Shown here piece after piece: positions 21,797-32,389 of a stretch of DNA of 64,000 nucleotides. How positions within the stretch are numbered: the stretch's first letter is position 1; the number at the start of each line of letters is the position of its first letter. Source of the DNA: Deltaproteobacteria bacterium. Its GTDB lineage: Bacteria > Desulfobacterota_D > UBA1144 > Nemesobacterales > CSP1-2. The DNA is taken from the NCBI GenBank assembly GCA_052390235.1, contig JBQTHB010000002.1, positions 224,001-288,000 on the forward strand. The letters are read 5' to 3'. A program made the translations under genes and the position numbers. The notes under the pieces were generated by a model. That model was given only the letters and a program-made list of their open reading frames with translations. It did not search any database and was not told the origin of the DNA.

Positions 21797-22150
21797 TTAG
21801 CTGCCGTCGCCCGGTTTGGCGTAACTCGCCCTTACAACGGTCTTAATACCACCCCTGACGTTAAAATCCCCCACGACCTCGGCTCTTTTCGGGAGGCACG
21901 CCTCGATGAAATCATCGAGTATTTTATTTGTTACGTGTTCGTGAAATTCGCCGACGTTCCTGTAGGAGAACATATAGAGTTTCAGGGATTTGAGCTCGAC
22001 GCAGAGCTTATCGGGAACGTATTTTATCTTAATCACGGCAAAATCCGGCTGTCCGGTCTTGGGACAGACCGAGGTAAACTCCGGGCAGGTTATCTCGATT
22101 TCGTAGTCTCTGCCCTGGTATTGATTCGCAAACGTCTCAAGCTCAGTCAT
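21797..22150 (-). CDS. queF: NADPH-dependent 7-cyano-7-deazaguanine reductase (type I)
   Basis: EFTSVCPKTGQPDF, VELKSLKLY, FHE, FNVRGGI; start moved to ATG 22150. Confidence 0.96.
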   Translation of the reverse strand: MTELETFANQYQGRDYEIEITCPEFTSVCPKTGQPDFAVIKIKYVPDKLCVELKSLKLYMFSYRNVGEFHEHVTNKILDDFIEACLPKRAEVVGDFNVRGGIKTVVRASYAKPGDGS

Positions 22151-22251
22151 TTTAGCCGCAATTACTCTATCGGATAGTTTAATCCAAGAAAAGAACTTGA
22201 CGCACAAAAAAATATTATGGATACTAAAAGTCCGCAGCCCGCGCGCTCCAC

Positions 22252-22325
22252 TGGGGGATCGTCTAACGGCAGGACGATGGGCTCTGACCCCATTAATCTA
22301 GGTTCGAATCCTAGTCCCCCAGCCA
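22252..22325 (+). tRNA. tRNA-Gln(CTG)
   Basis: TGGGGGATCGTCTAACGGCAGGAC...ATGGG-CTCTGAC-CCCAT...GGTTCGAATCC...GCCA. Confidence 0.97.
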
Positions 22326-22340
22326 GCTTCCTCGACAATC

Positions 22341-22793
22341 CTAGAAGTATCTCACGCCCATAAGCCCGACAGCTCCTCCCACTACTAGCCCGTACAGTAG
22401 GTGTCCGGCTAGGTGAGCAACTGCCACCTCCGAGCCCGCGTCCTGAAATTCTTCTATCGGGTGATGCTCGGCGACGCTCACAACGAGCATAAAACTCACA
22501 GCCACGCCGTGAAACAGCCCTATCATTGCCCCCGTAAGCGCCGATGTTATGAACGACCCAGGGTTGAGCAGGCTCATGAGAGCGACGTAAAAGAAGGAGA
22601 TAACCACGCCGGCAACTAAGTGTATCGCAAGCCCCGGTATAAAGGAGTTCTCATAAGAGCCGGTAGCCACGCTCCCTATCGCCCTAATCATATCGGCGTT
22701 GGCGATTCCCGCGCGATGGATGTATCCCATTAGAAGGCTCATCGCTAAAGTTCCCAAAAGCCCGGCAAAAACAGTCTCAACAATTGTTCCCAT
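22341..22793 (-). CDS. Four-TM hypothetical membrane protein with several histidines
   Basis: Four hydrophobic helices, SD GGGAGG. Confidence 0.8.
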   Translation of the reverse strand: MGTIVETVFAGLLGTLAMSLLMGYIHRAGIANADMIRAIGSVATGSYENSFIPGLAIHLVAGVVISFFYVALMSLLNPGSFITSALTGAMIGLFHGVAVSFMLVVSVAEHHPIEEFQDAGSEVAVAHLAGHLLYGLVVGGAVGLMGVRYF

Positions 22794-23054
22794 GACGCAC
22801 CTCCCTTACCCAACTTTCTATACTATTTCAATATGCAAAGCAATACTTTTTTTTCGCTTATCGAAAATTAGAGGGGCGGATAAATTCAGTACGGATGTGG
22901 CATTGCTCTTGCTCCCATTTATCACCACACCGGGGGCGCGCCGGATTGTGAAGCTGTCCCGCTCTCGACTGCGCTCATGCCCAAAATAACAGATTATTGT
23001 CATCCGAGCCGCGCGATATGCCGGGCGCAGAGTCTGGCGATACCTGCGCGGGGC

Positions 23055-24611
23055 TTACTCTCCGCCGTAAGCCGCAACGGGGCTTTCGTCAATGATAATG
23101 CCGCTTATCTGAAGGGTCGTTCCCTTGGCGCGCTCCAGCAGCGCAAGGGCGATGTTATAATCCGCAACGGCGCGAATTGCCTGAGTTCTCGACTCCACTA
23201 GGTCTCGCTGAGCCTCGAGTACCTCTCTGGTCGTCCCGATGCCCACCCGAAGCCGCTCTTCCTCGTTTTTCACAACCTCCTCGGCAAGCTCCACGGCAAC
23301 CATGGCGGCGTCAATCGTCCTGATGCTGTTTTCAACCTCTCTAATGGCGTTTCTCACGTCGAGCGTTACGCCGTCAACCACTTTTTTGTAGGCGATGGCG
23401 CTTCTGTCCAAATCCGCCGAGGCTTTGATGTAATCCCCCTTTGCAGACCAGTTGAAAATTGGGAAGCTCAAGATGCCCAGAATCTGCCAAGTGGGAAATT
23501 CTCCCTCGAATAGGTTTCTGAATGAATCCCTGTAGGAGTCGTCGAATTGGTCGGAAATTGGTTGAGGAGGGGTATCGCCGAACACGACTCGGCTGGGGTT
23601 AGCGTCGCCCCCTAAGCCCTGAAGCTCTACAGTGCCTTGAACGGCAAGGCGCGGGAGCCGCTGATTTGAGGAGAATTTTTTGAGAGTCTCTCTGTTTTGA
23701 ATGTCGAGTTTTGCCTGCTGAATTTCGGCTCTCTTGCTGAGGGCTTCCTCGAGCGATGCGGTTTCGTCAAATCTCTTAATCAGCGTCGTAGGCTCGTCCA
23801 CCGGCACGACGACCTCGGTCAGCGGGATGGCGAGGATATTTTTGAGCCTGTCTTCGGCGGCTTTGAGGTCGTTTTCAGCGCGAATTACATCTACCTGCCG
23901 CCCTGCTACCTCAGCCTTAGCCTGCGTTACCACGACCGAGGGCAGTGTGCCGACCTCGACCTGAATCTCGTTTCTCCTCTGTAAATCCCTCGCCAAATCG
24001 AGCGCGGTTTGGGCAAGCTCAAGGTTTTTTTTCGCCGCCGCCAAATTCCAGTACACGGTCTCAACGTCGAGCAGAACGTCCGAGATTCTACGCTCAAGCT
24101 CCTTTACGGAGATTTCCCCGGACTTTCTTGCCACGCGGAGCTGGGCGAGGTTTGCGTCAAACCCGAAATTTCGCAGTAGCTCCTGCCCCACGGTGAAACC
24201 GAGGGTCGTAAACCAGTTAGGGCTTAGGGTTTCAACCGAGGAGTCGGTTTCGGTTCTGCGGATGGAGAAATTAAGCGCGTCGTAAAAAGTTCCAGTAGGC
24301 AGAATGCCCGATATTGACCCGTTGGCGAAGAGGTCTTCGCTCCTCACCGAGCCGCTCTGGATAAAAGTGCTTGCCGTCGGATTTGTGGAGTCCGTGTAAG
24401 ACGCGCTTAGATTTACCGCGGGGTCGAACGCCCCTCGCTGCTTGGTGATTTCACCGAGGGATATTTGAAGGGTCTTTCGCTCGATTTCAATATCGCGGTT
24501 ATTTTGCAGGGCGAGCCTCTTTGCCTCCTGCAGGGATAGGTTTAAAGTCTCGGCTGATGCGCTGTGAACGACCGCCGAGAGGGCGAGAACTACGAGCAGA
24601 GCCTTAATCAT
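23055..24611 (-). CDS. TolC family outer-membrane efflux protein
   Basis: Signal peptide, LSLQEAKRLALQNN, two OEP-like repeats, REVLEAQRDL. Confidence 0.92.
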   Translation of the reverse strand: MIKALLVVLALSAVVHSASAETLNLSLQEAKRLALQNNRDIEIERKTLQISLGEITKQRGAFDPAVNLSASYTDSTNPTASTFIQSGSVRSEDLFANGSISGILPTGTFYDALNFSIRRTETDSSVETLSPNWFTTLGFTVGQELLRNFGFDANLAQLRVARKSGEISVKELERRISDVLLDVETVYWNLAAAKKNLELAQTALDLARDLQRRNEIQVEVGTLPSVVVTQAKAEVAGRQVDVIRAENDLKAAEDRLKNILAIPLTEVVVPVDEPTTLIKRFDETASLEEALSKRAEIQQAKLDIQNRETLKKFSSNQRLPRLAVQGTVELQGLGGDANPSRVVFGDTPPQPISDQFDDSYRDSFRNLFEGEFPTWQILGILSFPIFNWSAKGDYIKASADLDRSAIAYKKVVDGVTLDVRNAIREVENSIRTIDAAMVAVELAEEVVKNEEERLRVGIGTTREVLEAQRDLVESRTQAIRAVADYNIALALLERAKGTTLQISGIIIDESPVAAYGGE

Positions 24612-24670
24612 TTCCGGGATGCCTCCTCAGTTGTGGATAATCGGGATTCAGTATAAACGTTTTTATTCTC

Positions 24671-24720
24671 TTGACATAAAATAGCGAAGGTGTTACCTTA
24701 AGTAAGTAAGTAGTTACTTA
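24671..24720 (+). promoter_or_regulatory. Sigma70 promoter with overlapping palindromic operator for the tetR-MFP-RND operon
   Basis: TTGACA(24671)-17 bp-TACCTT with TGn; TAAGTAAgtagTTACTTA at 24703-24720. Confidence 0.75.
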
Positions 24721-24742
24721 ATAAAATCAGAAATTACCAGAA

Positions 24743-25408
24743 ATGTCAAACAAAATAGTGAAAGCCAGCACAAGAGAAAAAATCCTCGAAGCCGCTATGA
24801 AATTATTTGCCGCAAAGGGGTTTAACGGCACGACTACGAAGGAAATCTCCGAGGAAGCTGGGGTGAACGAGGCTCTTATCTTTCGCCATTTCTCAACCAA
24901 AAGGGACCTCTACGGAGCAATCATCGAGAAAAAAATGCAGGAACAGCCCTCAGGAATCCAAGCGACGCTTGAGCAATACCGCGGCGGCGAGGACGACGCC
25001 CTCCTGTTCAAAGCCCTCGCCATGACGATGTTCGGCAACTGCGGCAAAGACCCGACCTTTATGAGAATCCTCCACTTCAGCGCGCTCGAAGGACACGACC
25101 TCTCGGATATGTTCTTCGACACCTACGTCGAGCAGATGAACACGCTCATCTCGGATTACATAGGCGTGAGAATCGCAAAGGGCGCATTTAAGAATCTAAA
25201 CCCCTCGATGGCGGCGAAGGCGTTTGTGGGGATGGTAATCAATCACATAATAGTTCAGGAGCTATTCGGGGAGAAGAAGAAAAAAAACATCCCCAGCGAA
25301 GAGGCGGCTGAGGCATTCGCCGAGATATTCACTAATGGAATGAAAAATAATACTGCGCCGGATGATAGAACATCGCGCGGGCCTCTTCGGGGCGGCGCAG
25401 GAGAGTAG
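24743..25408 (+). CDS. TetR/AcrR family transcriptional regulator
   Basis: ILEAAMKLFAAKGFNGTTTKEISEEAGVNEALIFRHFSTK HTH. Confidence 0.95.
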   Translation: MSNKIVKASTREKILEAAMKLFAAKGFNGTTTKEISEEAGVNEALIFRHFSTKRDLYGAIIEKKMQEQPSGIQATLEQYRGGEDDALLFKALAMTMFGNCGKDPTFMRILHFSALEGHDLSDMFFDTYVEQMNTLISDYIGVRIAKGAFKNLNPSMAAKAFVGMVINHIIVQELFGEKKKKNIPSEEAAEAFAEIFTNGMKNNTAPDDRTSRGPLRGGAGE

Positions 25409-25457
25409 TTAATTTGTAAATCGCAATAAAATCTTCGTTTAACGAGAGGCTTAAAAT

Positions 25458-26540
25458 ATGAAAACACTGAGGCTTGCGGGCTTGATGCTCTGCATAATGT
25501 TGATTACCAGTTCTGGGGCGATGCCTCAATCCCCGCCGCAGATGCCCCCGGCGCCAGTTGCGGTAGCTGAGGTTTCCGTGGAGACGATTCAGCGTCCCAT
25601 CTCGCTAGTTGGGGTAGTGGAGCCGAATAAAACCAGCACGATAGCGAGTGAAATATCGGGGGTTATCGGCAAATTCCCCGGCAAAGAGGGCGCGTTCGTC
25701 AAAGCCGGAGAGGTCATAGCCGAGTTCCGCACGGAGCAGCTCAATATAAAACTCCGAGAGGCAAGGGCGGCTAGGCGGGAAGCCGAGGCGCGCTTTAGTA
25801 TGGCGAAAAAGAGCTTTGCCAGATTTCGACAGCTCAAGGATAAGGGCGTTGTCTCCACGCAGCAGCTCGATGACTCCGAGTCGGAAACGGAGGCATGGGG
25901 GGCGAGAGTCGCCGAGCTTGACGCTCGAATCGAGAGTCTGGGCTATGACCTATCGAGGGCGAGAATCACTGCTCCTTTCAGCGGTTTTATCACCCGCGAA
26001 TTCACTGAAATCGGCGAGTGGGTCTCCGAAGGCGGGGCTGTTGTGGAACTCATCGAGGCGGACATCGTAAAAATCAAGGTTGATGCCCCTGAGCGGTACA
26101 TAAGCCTAATCAATTCGGGCGAGACGGTGAGCATAAGCCTAGATGCCCTTCCTCGCCGGACAATCGAGGGCAAAGTGGTCTCGGTCGTGCCTCAGGCGAG
26201 CAATCAGGCGAGAACCTTCCCCGTAAAAGTCGCCGTGGAGAATAAAGAGCGCGCCCTTAAAAGCGGCATGGTAGCGCGCGTGTCGTTTCTCATCGGCGAT
26301 GCTGTAAAGGTAAAGCTCGTTCCCAAAGACGCCGTCTCTGAATTCAACAACGCGAGCCTCGTCTTCGTCGTGGCAAACGGAGTGGCAAACCCGGTTCCCG
26401 TGAGCAGGGGAATTTCCTATAAGAGCCTCGTCGAGGTTTCGGGTCCGATTGAAGCGGGCCAGCTGATCGTCATTAGGGGCAACGAACGCCTCCAGCCGGG
26501 ACAGCCGGTGCAAGTGGTTAACCAAGGCGGCAGGAAATAA
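25458..26540 (+). CDS. RND efflux periplasmic adaptor (MFP)
   Basis: Lipoyl/barrel-sandwich motifs, ITAPFSG, RTFPVKV, LKSGM. Confidence 0.93.
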   Translation: MKTLRLAGLMLCIMLITSSGAMPQSPPQMPPAPVAVAEVSVETIQRPISLVGVVEPNKTSTIASEISGVIGKFPGKEGAFVKAGEVIAEFRTEQLNIKLREARAARREAEARFSMAKKSFARFRQLKDKGVVSTQQLDDSESETEAWGARVAELDARIESLGYDLSRARITAPFSGFITREFTEIGEWVSEGGAVVELIEADIVKIKVDAPERYISLINSGETVSISLDALPRRTIEGKVVSVVPQASNQARTFPVKVAVENKERALKSGMVARVSFLIGDAVKVKLVPKDAVSEFNNASLVFVVANGVANPVPVSRGISYKSLVEVSGPIEAGQLIVIRGNERLQPGQPVQVVNQGGRK

Positions 26541-26567
26541 TCTCATCACACTACGAGGGCGCGCCCG

Positions 26568-29500
26568 ATGAAAATCATCGCGGAATCCATTAAAAACCCT
26601 ATCAGCGTTCTGGTAGGCGTAATTCTAGTTCTACTATTCGGCTTCATCGCTCTATATAAAATTCCGGTTCAGCTTACGCCGGACGTTGAAAAGCCTCAGA
26701 TTACCGTCAGCACCGCTTGGCCCGGAGGCAGCCCTCAGGAAGTGGAGACCGAAATCGTCCGCGAGCAAGAGGAGGAGCTTAAGACGGTGGAAGGGCTTGT
26801 CGAGATGACAAGCGAAAGCTCGGACTCGCTCGGAAACATCGTGCTTCAGTTCAGGGTCGGCACAGACCTCGACGCCGCCCTAGTGAACGTCTCTAATAAG
26901 CTCGACCAAGTTGCGCAGTACCCCGCAGACGCCGATAAGCCCGTTATCAGTAGCGTTGACGTAGCCGGAAGCGCGATGGCTTGGTTCATACTCAAGCCCG
27001 CCGAGGGGAGCGCGCTCGATATTGATAAATTTCACGACTTCGCCGATGATTTTATAAAACCGAGGTTCGAGCGCGTGCCGGGGGTAGGCTCGTCAAACGT
27101 CTATGGCGGCACAGAGAGGGAGATGCAGGTCATAGTTGACCCCAACGCCCTCGCCGCCCGCGGGGTGAGCCTTATTGAGATGGCACAGGCCATTGATGGG
27201 GAGAATAACAACTTCAGCGCCGGGGATTTTGAGGAGGGCAAACGCCGCTACATCGTCCGCACTGTAGGCGAGTATAAATCCCCCGAAGATATAGAAAAAG
27301 TCGTCATTAAGCGCGTACTCGGGGCTCCGGTCTATGTTCGGGACGTGGCTAGAGCGCGGCTAGGCTACAGAGATGCCAGCTTCGCCGTCCGTCAAAATGG
27401 CGCCCCCGCAATAGCCGTTAACGCCGTCAAAGAGAGCGGCGCAAACACGATAAACGTCATGACTGGGCTGCGCGCGGCTATGGACGAACTGAACTCGGGG
27501 ATTCTCAAAGACCGGGGGCTGATCCTCTATAACGTCTATGACGAGACTGAGTACATCGGCGACGCCATTGAACTCGTACAGCACGATGTCCTCATCGGGA
27601 GTATTCTCGCCGTAGCCATTCTACTGCTCTTTCTTCGGAGCCTAACCAGTACGTTCATCATCTCAGCCGCCATACCCATAAGCATCATCGGCACATTTAT
27701 CGCCATGGCGTTTTTGGGCAGAACGTTCAACGTCGTGAGCCTCGCCGGAATGGGCTTTGCCATCGGGATTTTTATTGACAACTCAATAGTCGTGCTGGAG
27801 AACATCTACCGCCATCTGCAGATGGGAAAATCCCGCGCAAAGGCGGCTTTAGACGGAGCCTCAGAGGTTTGGGGGGCGATTCTCGCAAGCACGCTCACGA
27901 ATGTGGCAGTGTTTCTGCCCGTCATATTCGTCGAGGAGCAAGCAGGGCAACTGTTCCGCGACATCGCCATAGCCATAACCTTCTCGGTGCTACTCAATCT
28001 AGTCGTATCCATCACGCTGATTCCAACGCTGTCGGCAAAAATCCTCAGCGTATCGAAAGAGCAGGCCCGCCCAGCCTTTGGGAATCTCTGGGGATATGCG
28101 GATTTTGCCCAAGGCATAGCCAACCGGATTTCCGCCCTAGTCGAGAGAATCATAACGAAACCCTCTTTGCGCCTTGCCACGATTCTCGCCTTCACTTTCG
28201 GCTCGATATTCCTAAGCTGGGCGATGATTCCCAAGATGGAATATCTGCCTGAGGGAAACCGCAATCTGCTCTTCGGCATTCTCCTTCCCCCTCCCGGATA
28301 CAACATTCAGGAATTCGAGCTTATAGGGCTTGAAATCGAGCGGGATTTAGCCCCGTACTGGGAAGCTAAGCCCGGCTCGCAGGAGGCGAAAAATCTCGAT
28401 GGGCCGCTCATTAGGAATTTCTTCTACGTCGCCGCCGGAAGGCAGGTTTTCATGGGCGCAATAGCCGAGAATCCCTCCGAGGTGAGGGGGCTTTTCCCCG
28501 TCCTTCAGGGCGCGCTCAATAAAATCCCCGGCATGATAGCCATTGTAACTCAGGCGAGCCTCTTCGAGAGGGGATTTGGCGAGGGGAGAGCTGTGGATAT
28601 TCAAATCACAGGGCCCGAGCTGGAACGGCTCGTTGAACTGGGGCAGAAGGTGTTCTTCAGTGTGCTTCAAAATTTCCCCGATGCCCAAGCCCGCCCTATT
28701 CCGAGCCTAGACCTCGGCAACCCGGAAATTCAGGTCATAACCGATAGGGTGAGAGCCTCCGATGTGGGTATCACGAACCGAGAGCTTGGATTCACGGTAA
28801 ACGCCCTTGTTGACGGGGCGATTGTAAGCGACTACATAATTGAAGGGGACGAAATTGACCTAGTGCTGCGCGGCGAAGACGGTTTTGCCGCCCGCACTCA
28901 GGACATCGAAAACCTCCTCATCAACACCCCTATTGGCTCAATGGTAACCGTAGGCTCCATCGCCGATGTAAAACTCGCCAACGGCCCAGAGCAGATAAAC
29001 CACTTCGAGCGGCAGAGAACCATCACCATTCAGCTTATCCCTAACGAGAAAATGCCCCTCGAGACGGCTCTTCAGAAAATCAACGAGACCATAGTCGCAC
29101 CGCTCCGCCAAGGGGGGGATGTCGGCGGCGCTTATAACATCACTCTCGCGGGAACGGCAGACGACCTAACCGTGGCGAGAGAGGCGTTTGAGGCGAATTT
29201 TATACTCGCCGCTGTGATAACGTTTCTGCTGATGGCCGCGCTCTACGAGAGCTTTCTGTATTCGCTCGTGATAATGTTCAGCGTGCCGCTCGCATCGTTT
29301 GGCGGATTTCTGGGGCTATTTTTCCTCAACCGATTTATCTATCAGCCGCTCGATATATTGACCCTTCTGGGATTCATCATACTAGTTGGCACTGTGGTCA
29401 ACAACGCCATTCTCATCGTGCATCAGTCCCTCAACTACATGAACGACGAGGGGATGGACGTAAAGCAGGCGATAGTGGAGTCCGTGAGAACGCGCATCAG

Positions 29501-29744
29501 ACCGATATTCATGAGTACGACGACGGGGGTTTTTGGAATGCTCCCGCTTGTGATAATCCCCGGCGCTGGCTCGGAGCTTTACAGGGGGCTTGGGAGCGTC
29601 GTGTTGGGAGGGTTGGTGGTGTCAACGGTGTTCACGCTAGTGCTTGTGCCGGCGGTGTTCAGCTTTGCCTACGACGCCAAGGCGAGCCTCTCCGCTAAGA
29701 TTGGCAGACTCTTCCCAGCTTTAGGGAAACACCCATCGAAATAG
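26568..29744 (+). CDS. RND efflux permease (AcrB family)
   Basis: 1058 aa, IDNSIVVLENI, VNNAIL, RIRPIFMSTTT. Confidence 0.96.
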   Translation: MKIIAESIKNPISVLVGVILVLLFGFIALYKIPVQLTPDVEKPQITVSTAWPGGSPQEVETEIVREQEEELKTVEGLVEMTSESSDSLGNIVLQFRVGTDLDAALVNVSNKLDQVAQYPADADKPVISSVDVAGSAMAWFILKPAEGSALDIDKFHDFADDFIKPRFERVPGVGSSNVYGGTEREMQVIVDPNALAARGVSLIEMAQAIDGENNNFSAGDFEEGKRRYIVRTVGEYKSPEDIEKVVIKRVLGAPVYVRDVARARLGYRDASFAVRQNGAPAIAVNAVKESGANTINVMTGLRAAMDELNSGILKDRGLILYNVYDETEYIGDAIELVQHDVLIGSILAVAILLLFLRSLTSTFIISAAIPISIIGTFIAMAFLGRTFNVVSLAGMGFAIGIFIDNSIVVLENIYRHLQMGKSRAKAALDGASEVWGAILASTLTNVAVFLPVIFVEEQAGQLFRDIAIAITFSVLLNLVVSITLIPTLSAKILSVSKEQARPAFGNLWGYADFAQGIANRISALVERIITKPSLRLATILAFTFGSIFLSWAMIPKMEYLPEGNRNLLFGILLPPPGYNIQEFELIGLEIERDLAPYWEAKPGSQEAKNLDGPLIRNFFYVAAGRQVFMGAIAENPSEVRGLFPVLQGALNKIPGMIAIVTQASLFERGFGEGRAVDIQITGPELERLVELGQKVFFSVLQNFPDAQARPIPSLDLGNPEIQVITDRVRASDVGITNRELGFTVNALVDGAIVSDYIIEGDEIDLVLRGEDGFAARTQDIENLLINTPIGSMVTVGSIADVKLANGPEQINHFERQRTITIQLIPNEKMPLETALQKINETIVAPLRQGGDVGGAYNITLAGTADDLTVAREAFEANFILAAVITFLLMAALYESFLYSLVIMFSVPLASFGGFLGLFFLNRFIYQPLDILTLLGFIILVGTVVNNAILIVHQSLNYMNDEGMDVKQAIVESVRTRIRPIFMSTTTGVFGMLPLVIIPGAGSELYRGLGSVVLGGLVVSTVFTLVLVPAVFSFAYDAKASLSAKIGRLFPALGKHPSK

Positions 29745-29792
29745 AGATTGGGGAAAGCGGCGCGCGCAGAGAATTTTTAATTACGCCCCTTT

Positions 29793-29928
29793 GGGATGAC
29801 AACCTTTGCCGTCATTTCGCGTCGCTCTTGTCATTCTTAGGGAGCGCGCGTTAGAGACTGAGGAATCTTATTGCGATAAATCCTGAATCGGATTCCTCTC
29901 TGCGTTCGGAATGACAAAGGGTGAGGCG
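29793..29928 (+). repeat. GTCAT...ATGAC palindromic repeat, copy 3
   Basis: TGTCATTCTTAGGGAGC...GACTGAGGAATCTTA...GATTCCTCTCTGCGTTCGGAATGACA. Confidence 0.85.
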
Positions 29929-30015
29929 AGCGCATTTGACTTAAACTGCGCCTCAGATAAATTCTATTCGCAAAAAGCTACGTCCAAATTTCCGACCGAG
30001 GGAGGCGCTTTAGAA

Positions 30016-31434
30016 ATGGCAGAAGATTTCAGAATTGAGACCGATTCAATGGGGGAGATGAAAGTCCCCGCAACGGCCTACTACGGGGCGCAGACGGCGC
30101 GCGCGGTGGAGAATTTCCCGATAAGCGGCATCCGGTTTTCGCGTCAGTTTGTGCGGGCGATGGGAATGATAAAACACGCGGCGGCTGAGGTGAACGCCGA
30201 GCTTGGATTGCTCGATAAGAGGGTTGCAAAAGCCATCACCGACGCGGCGGGGGATGTTATCGAAGGCAGGCTCGACGCCGAATTCGTCCTCGACATCTAT
30301 CAGACCGGATCAGGTACGTCCACAAATATGAACACTAATGAAGTCATCGCCAGCCGCTCGAATGAAATCCTAGGGGGCAAAATCGGCGATAAAAAACCCG
30401 TCCACCCGAACGACCACGTCAACATGGGGCAGTCGAGCAACGACGTTATCCCAACGGCGATTCACGTATCGTCCCTTGAGGCGATTCATAAAACCCTAAT
30501 ACCCGCGCTGCGCAAACTCGAGAAAGCCCTCGCCGAGAAAGCCGAGGAATTCGATAAAATCGTCAAAATCGGGCGCACTCACCTCCAGGACGCAACCCCG
30601 CTGAGGCTAGGGCAGGAGTTCGGCGGCTATGCGAGCCAAATCAGCCACGGCATAAGGAGGCTGGAGGCGGCAGGGGTGAACCTCGGCGAGCTTGCCATCG
30701 GAGGGACGGCAGTAGGAACGGGCATCAACACCCACGCCGAATTCGGAAGCCGCGTGGCGATGAAACTATCCAAAATGACCGGGGTGAAATTCACCGAGGC
30801 TGAAAATCACTTTGAAGCCCAGTCAACCAAAGACGCCGTCGTAGAGGCGAGCGGCGCGCTAAAAACCGTTGCGGTGAGCCTCATGAAAATCGCAAACGAC
30901 ATCCGCTGGCTAGGGAGCGGCCCTCGATGCGGCATCGGCGAGATAATTCTCCCCGCGGTTCAGCCGGGCTCGTCCATCATGCCGGGAAAGGTGAACCCCG
31001 TCATCGCCGAGTCGGTAACGCAGGTTGCGGCTCAGGTCATGGGCAACGATTTGGCGATAACAATAGGCGGGCAATCGGGCAATTTTGACCTCAACGTGAT
31101 GATGCCGATGATGGCTCATAACCTCCTTCAGTCAATTACTCTCCTTGCGAACGCCGCCTCTGGATTCACGGATAAGTGCGTTGTGGGAATCAAAGCTGAT
31201 AATAAACGGTGCGAGGCGATGATAGAGCAGAGCCTTGCCATGTGTACGGCGCTTGCGCCCATCATCGGCTATGACGCCGCCGCAAAGCTCGCCAAAGAGG
31301 CTTACGAGCAGGGGAAAACCGTAAGGCAGGTCGCCCTTGAAAAGGGCATCATGCCCGAGGCGGATTTGAACAGAGTCCTAGACCCGTGGGCGATGACCGA
31401 GCCGGGAGTTACAAGCTGGAGCGCGGGGGGGTAA
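30016..31434 (+). CDS. fumC: Fumarate hydratase class II
   Basis: RIETDSMG, QTGSGTSTNMN, GRTHLQDA, GSSIMPGKVNP; start after SD GGAGG. Confidence 0.96.
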   Translation: MAEDFRIETDSMGEMKVPATAYYGAQTARAVENFPISGIRFSRQFVRAMGMIKHAAAEVNAELGLLDKRVAKAITDAAGDVIEGRLDAEFVLDIYQTGSGTSTNMNTNEVIASRSNEILGGKIGDKKPVHPNDHVNMGQSSNDVIPTAIHVSSLEAIHKTLIPALRKLEKALAEKAEEFDKIVKIGRTHLQDATPLRLGQEFGGYASQISHGIRRLEAAGVNLGELAIGGTAVGTGINTHAEFGSRVAMKLSKMTGVKFTEAENHFEAQSTKDAVVEASGALKTVAVSLMKIANDIRWLGSGPRCGIGEIILPAVQPGSSIMPGKVNPVIAESVTQVAAQVMGNDLAITIGGQSGNFDLNVMMPMMAHNLLQSITLLANAASGFTDKCVVGIKADNKRCEAMIEQSLAMCTALAPIIGYDAAAKLAKEAYEQGKTVRQVALEKGIMPEADLNRVLDPWAMTEPGVTSWSAGG

Positions 31435-31522
31435 GCGGCAGAGATTGCTTCTAAAATCCGCCTGCTGGAGGAGTAGGGCTGAATCAATCGCCGCTCTTCG
31501 GCGGGCGAGGGGGGAGTAGGCT

Positions 31523-31947
31523 ATAAAAACTCACACCGAATACCTCTGGTTCAACACTCAAAGCGCGAGAGAAATTGTCCATATCACGGACACGGTCAGG
31601 GCGGTAGTCAAAAAAAGCGGCATCTTCGAGGGGTTTGTCCTCGTCTCAGCCATGCACATCACGGCGGCAGTCTATGTGAACGACCTCGAAGACGGGCTCA
31701 TCGAGGACATCTGGCAGTGGCTTGAGGGGATTGCTCCGGCGCGCCCGGATTATAAACACCACAGAACCGGAGAAGACAACGGCGACGCGCACCTCAGGAG
31801 TCTCGTCATGCACCATCAGGTCATCGTCCCAATCACAAAAGGGGATTTAGACCTCGGGTGTGGCAGAGGGTATTCTATGCCGAATTCGACGGGCGGCGGC
31901 GCAAGAGGGTTATCGTAAAGGTCATGGGCGAGAGTGGGCATGAATAA
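31523..31947 (+). pseudogene. yjbQ: YjbQ (secondary thiamine-phosphate synthase) family gene with ATA at the start position and a 1-nt deletion near 31860
   Basis: [12 protein letters not shown]...SAMHITA...GEDNGDAHL...DLG, then [24 protein letters not shown] in another frame. Confidence 0.85.
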
Positions 31948-32386
31948 CGCCACGAGGGCGAGATTGTTCATTGATAAAGATGGGAATTGGCATCAAGACG
32001 GCATTCTCATCCGCCACAGATGGACGTATCTGCACAACAATAAACTCCTCGACAGAGACGGCGACGGGCGATATTTCGTTGACGAGGGTTCTGGAAAACT
32101 CTATGTGGAGATTGAAGATACGCCCTACATAGTGAAAATGGTTGACAGGCGCGAAGACGGGTTTTATTACGCCATTCTCAACGACGAGACTGATGAAAGG
32201 CTCGATTTGCCATCCGTCCGGCTGAATTCAGAGAACATAGCCTACGCGAGAGTCAAAGCCGGGAGGTTTGATGCTAGGTTCTCACGCCCGGCTTACTATG
32301 AATTCGCCAAGAGGCTTGCCCACGACGGAGAGGATTTTTTCATTGAGCAGGACGGCGTAAAATACGCAATAAAGAAATCGGGCTAG
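31940..32386 (+). CDS. DUF1285-like protein
   Basis: [31 protein letters not shown]. Confidence 0.75.
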   Translation: MNNATRARLFIDKDGNWHQDGILIRHRWTYLHNNKLLDRDGDGRYFVDEGSGKLYVEIEDTPYIVKMVDRREDGFYYAILNDETDERLDLPSVRLNSENIAYARVKAGRFDARFSRPAYYEFAKRLAHDGEDFFIEQDGVKYAIKKSG

Positions 32387-32389
32387 CCC

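Noticed and set aside
22150..22250. preQ1 riboswitch upstream of queF
   Set aside because: No recognisable preQ1 consensus; the short interval is accounted for by divergent promoters.
22818..23003. 61-aa ORF between the membrane-protein gene and tolC
   Set aside because: No SD, no recognisable motif; cannot be supported.
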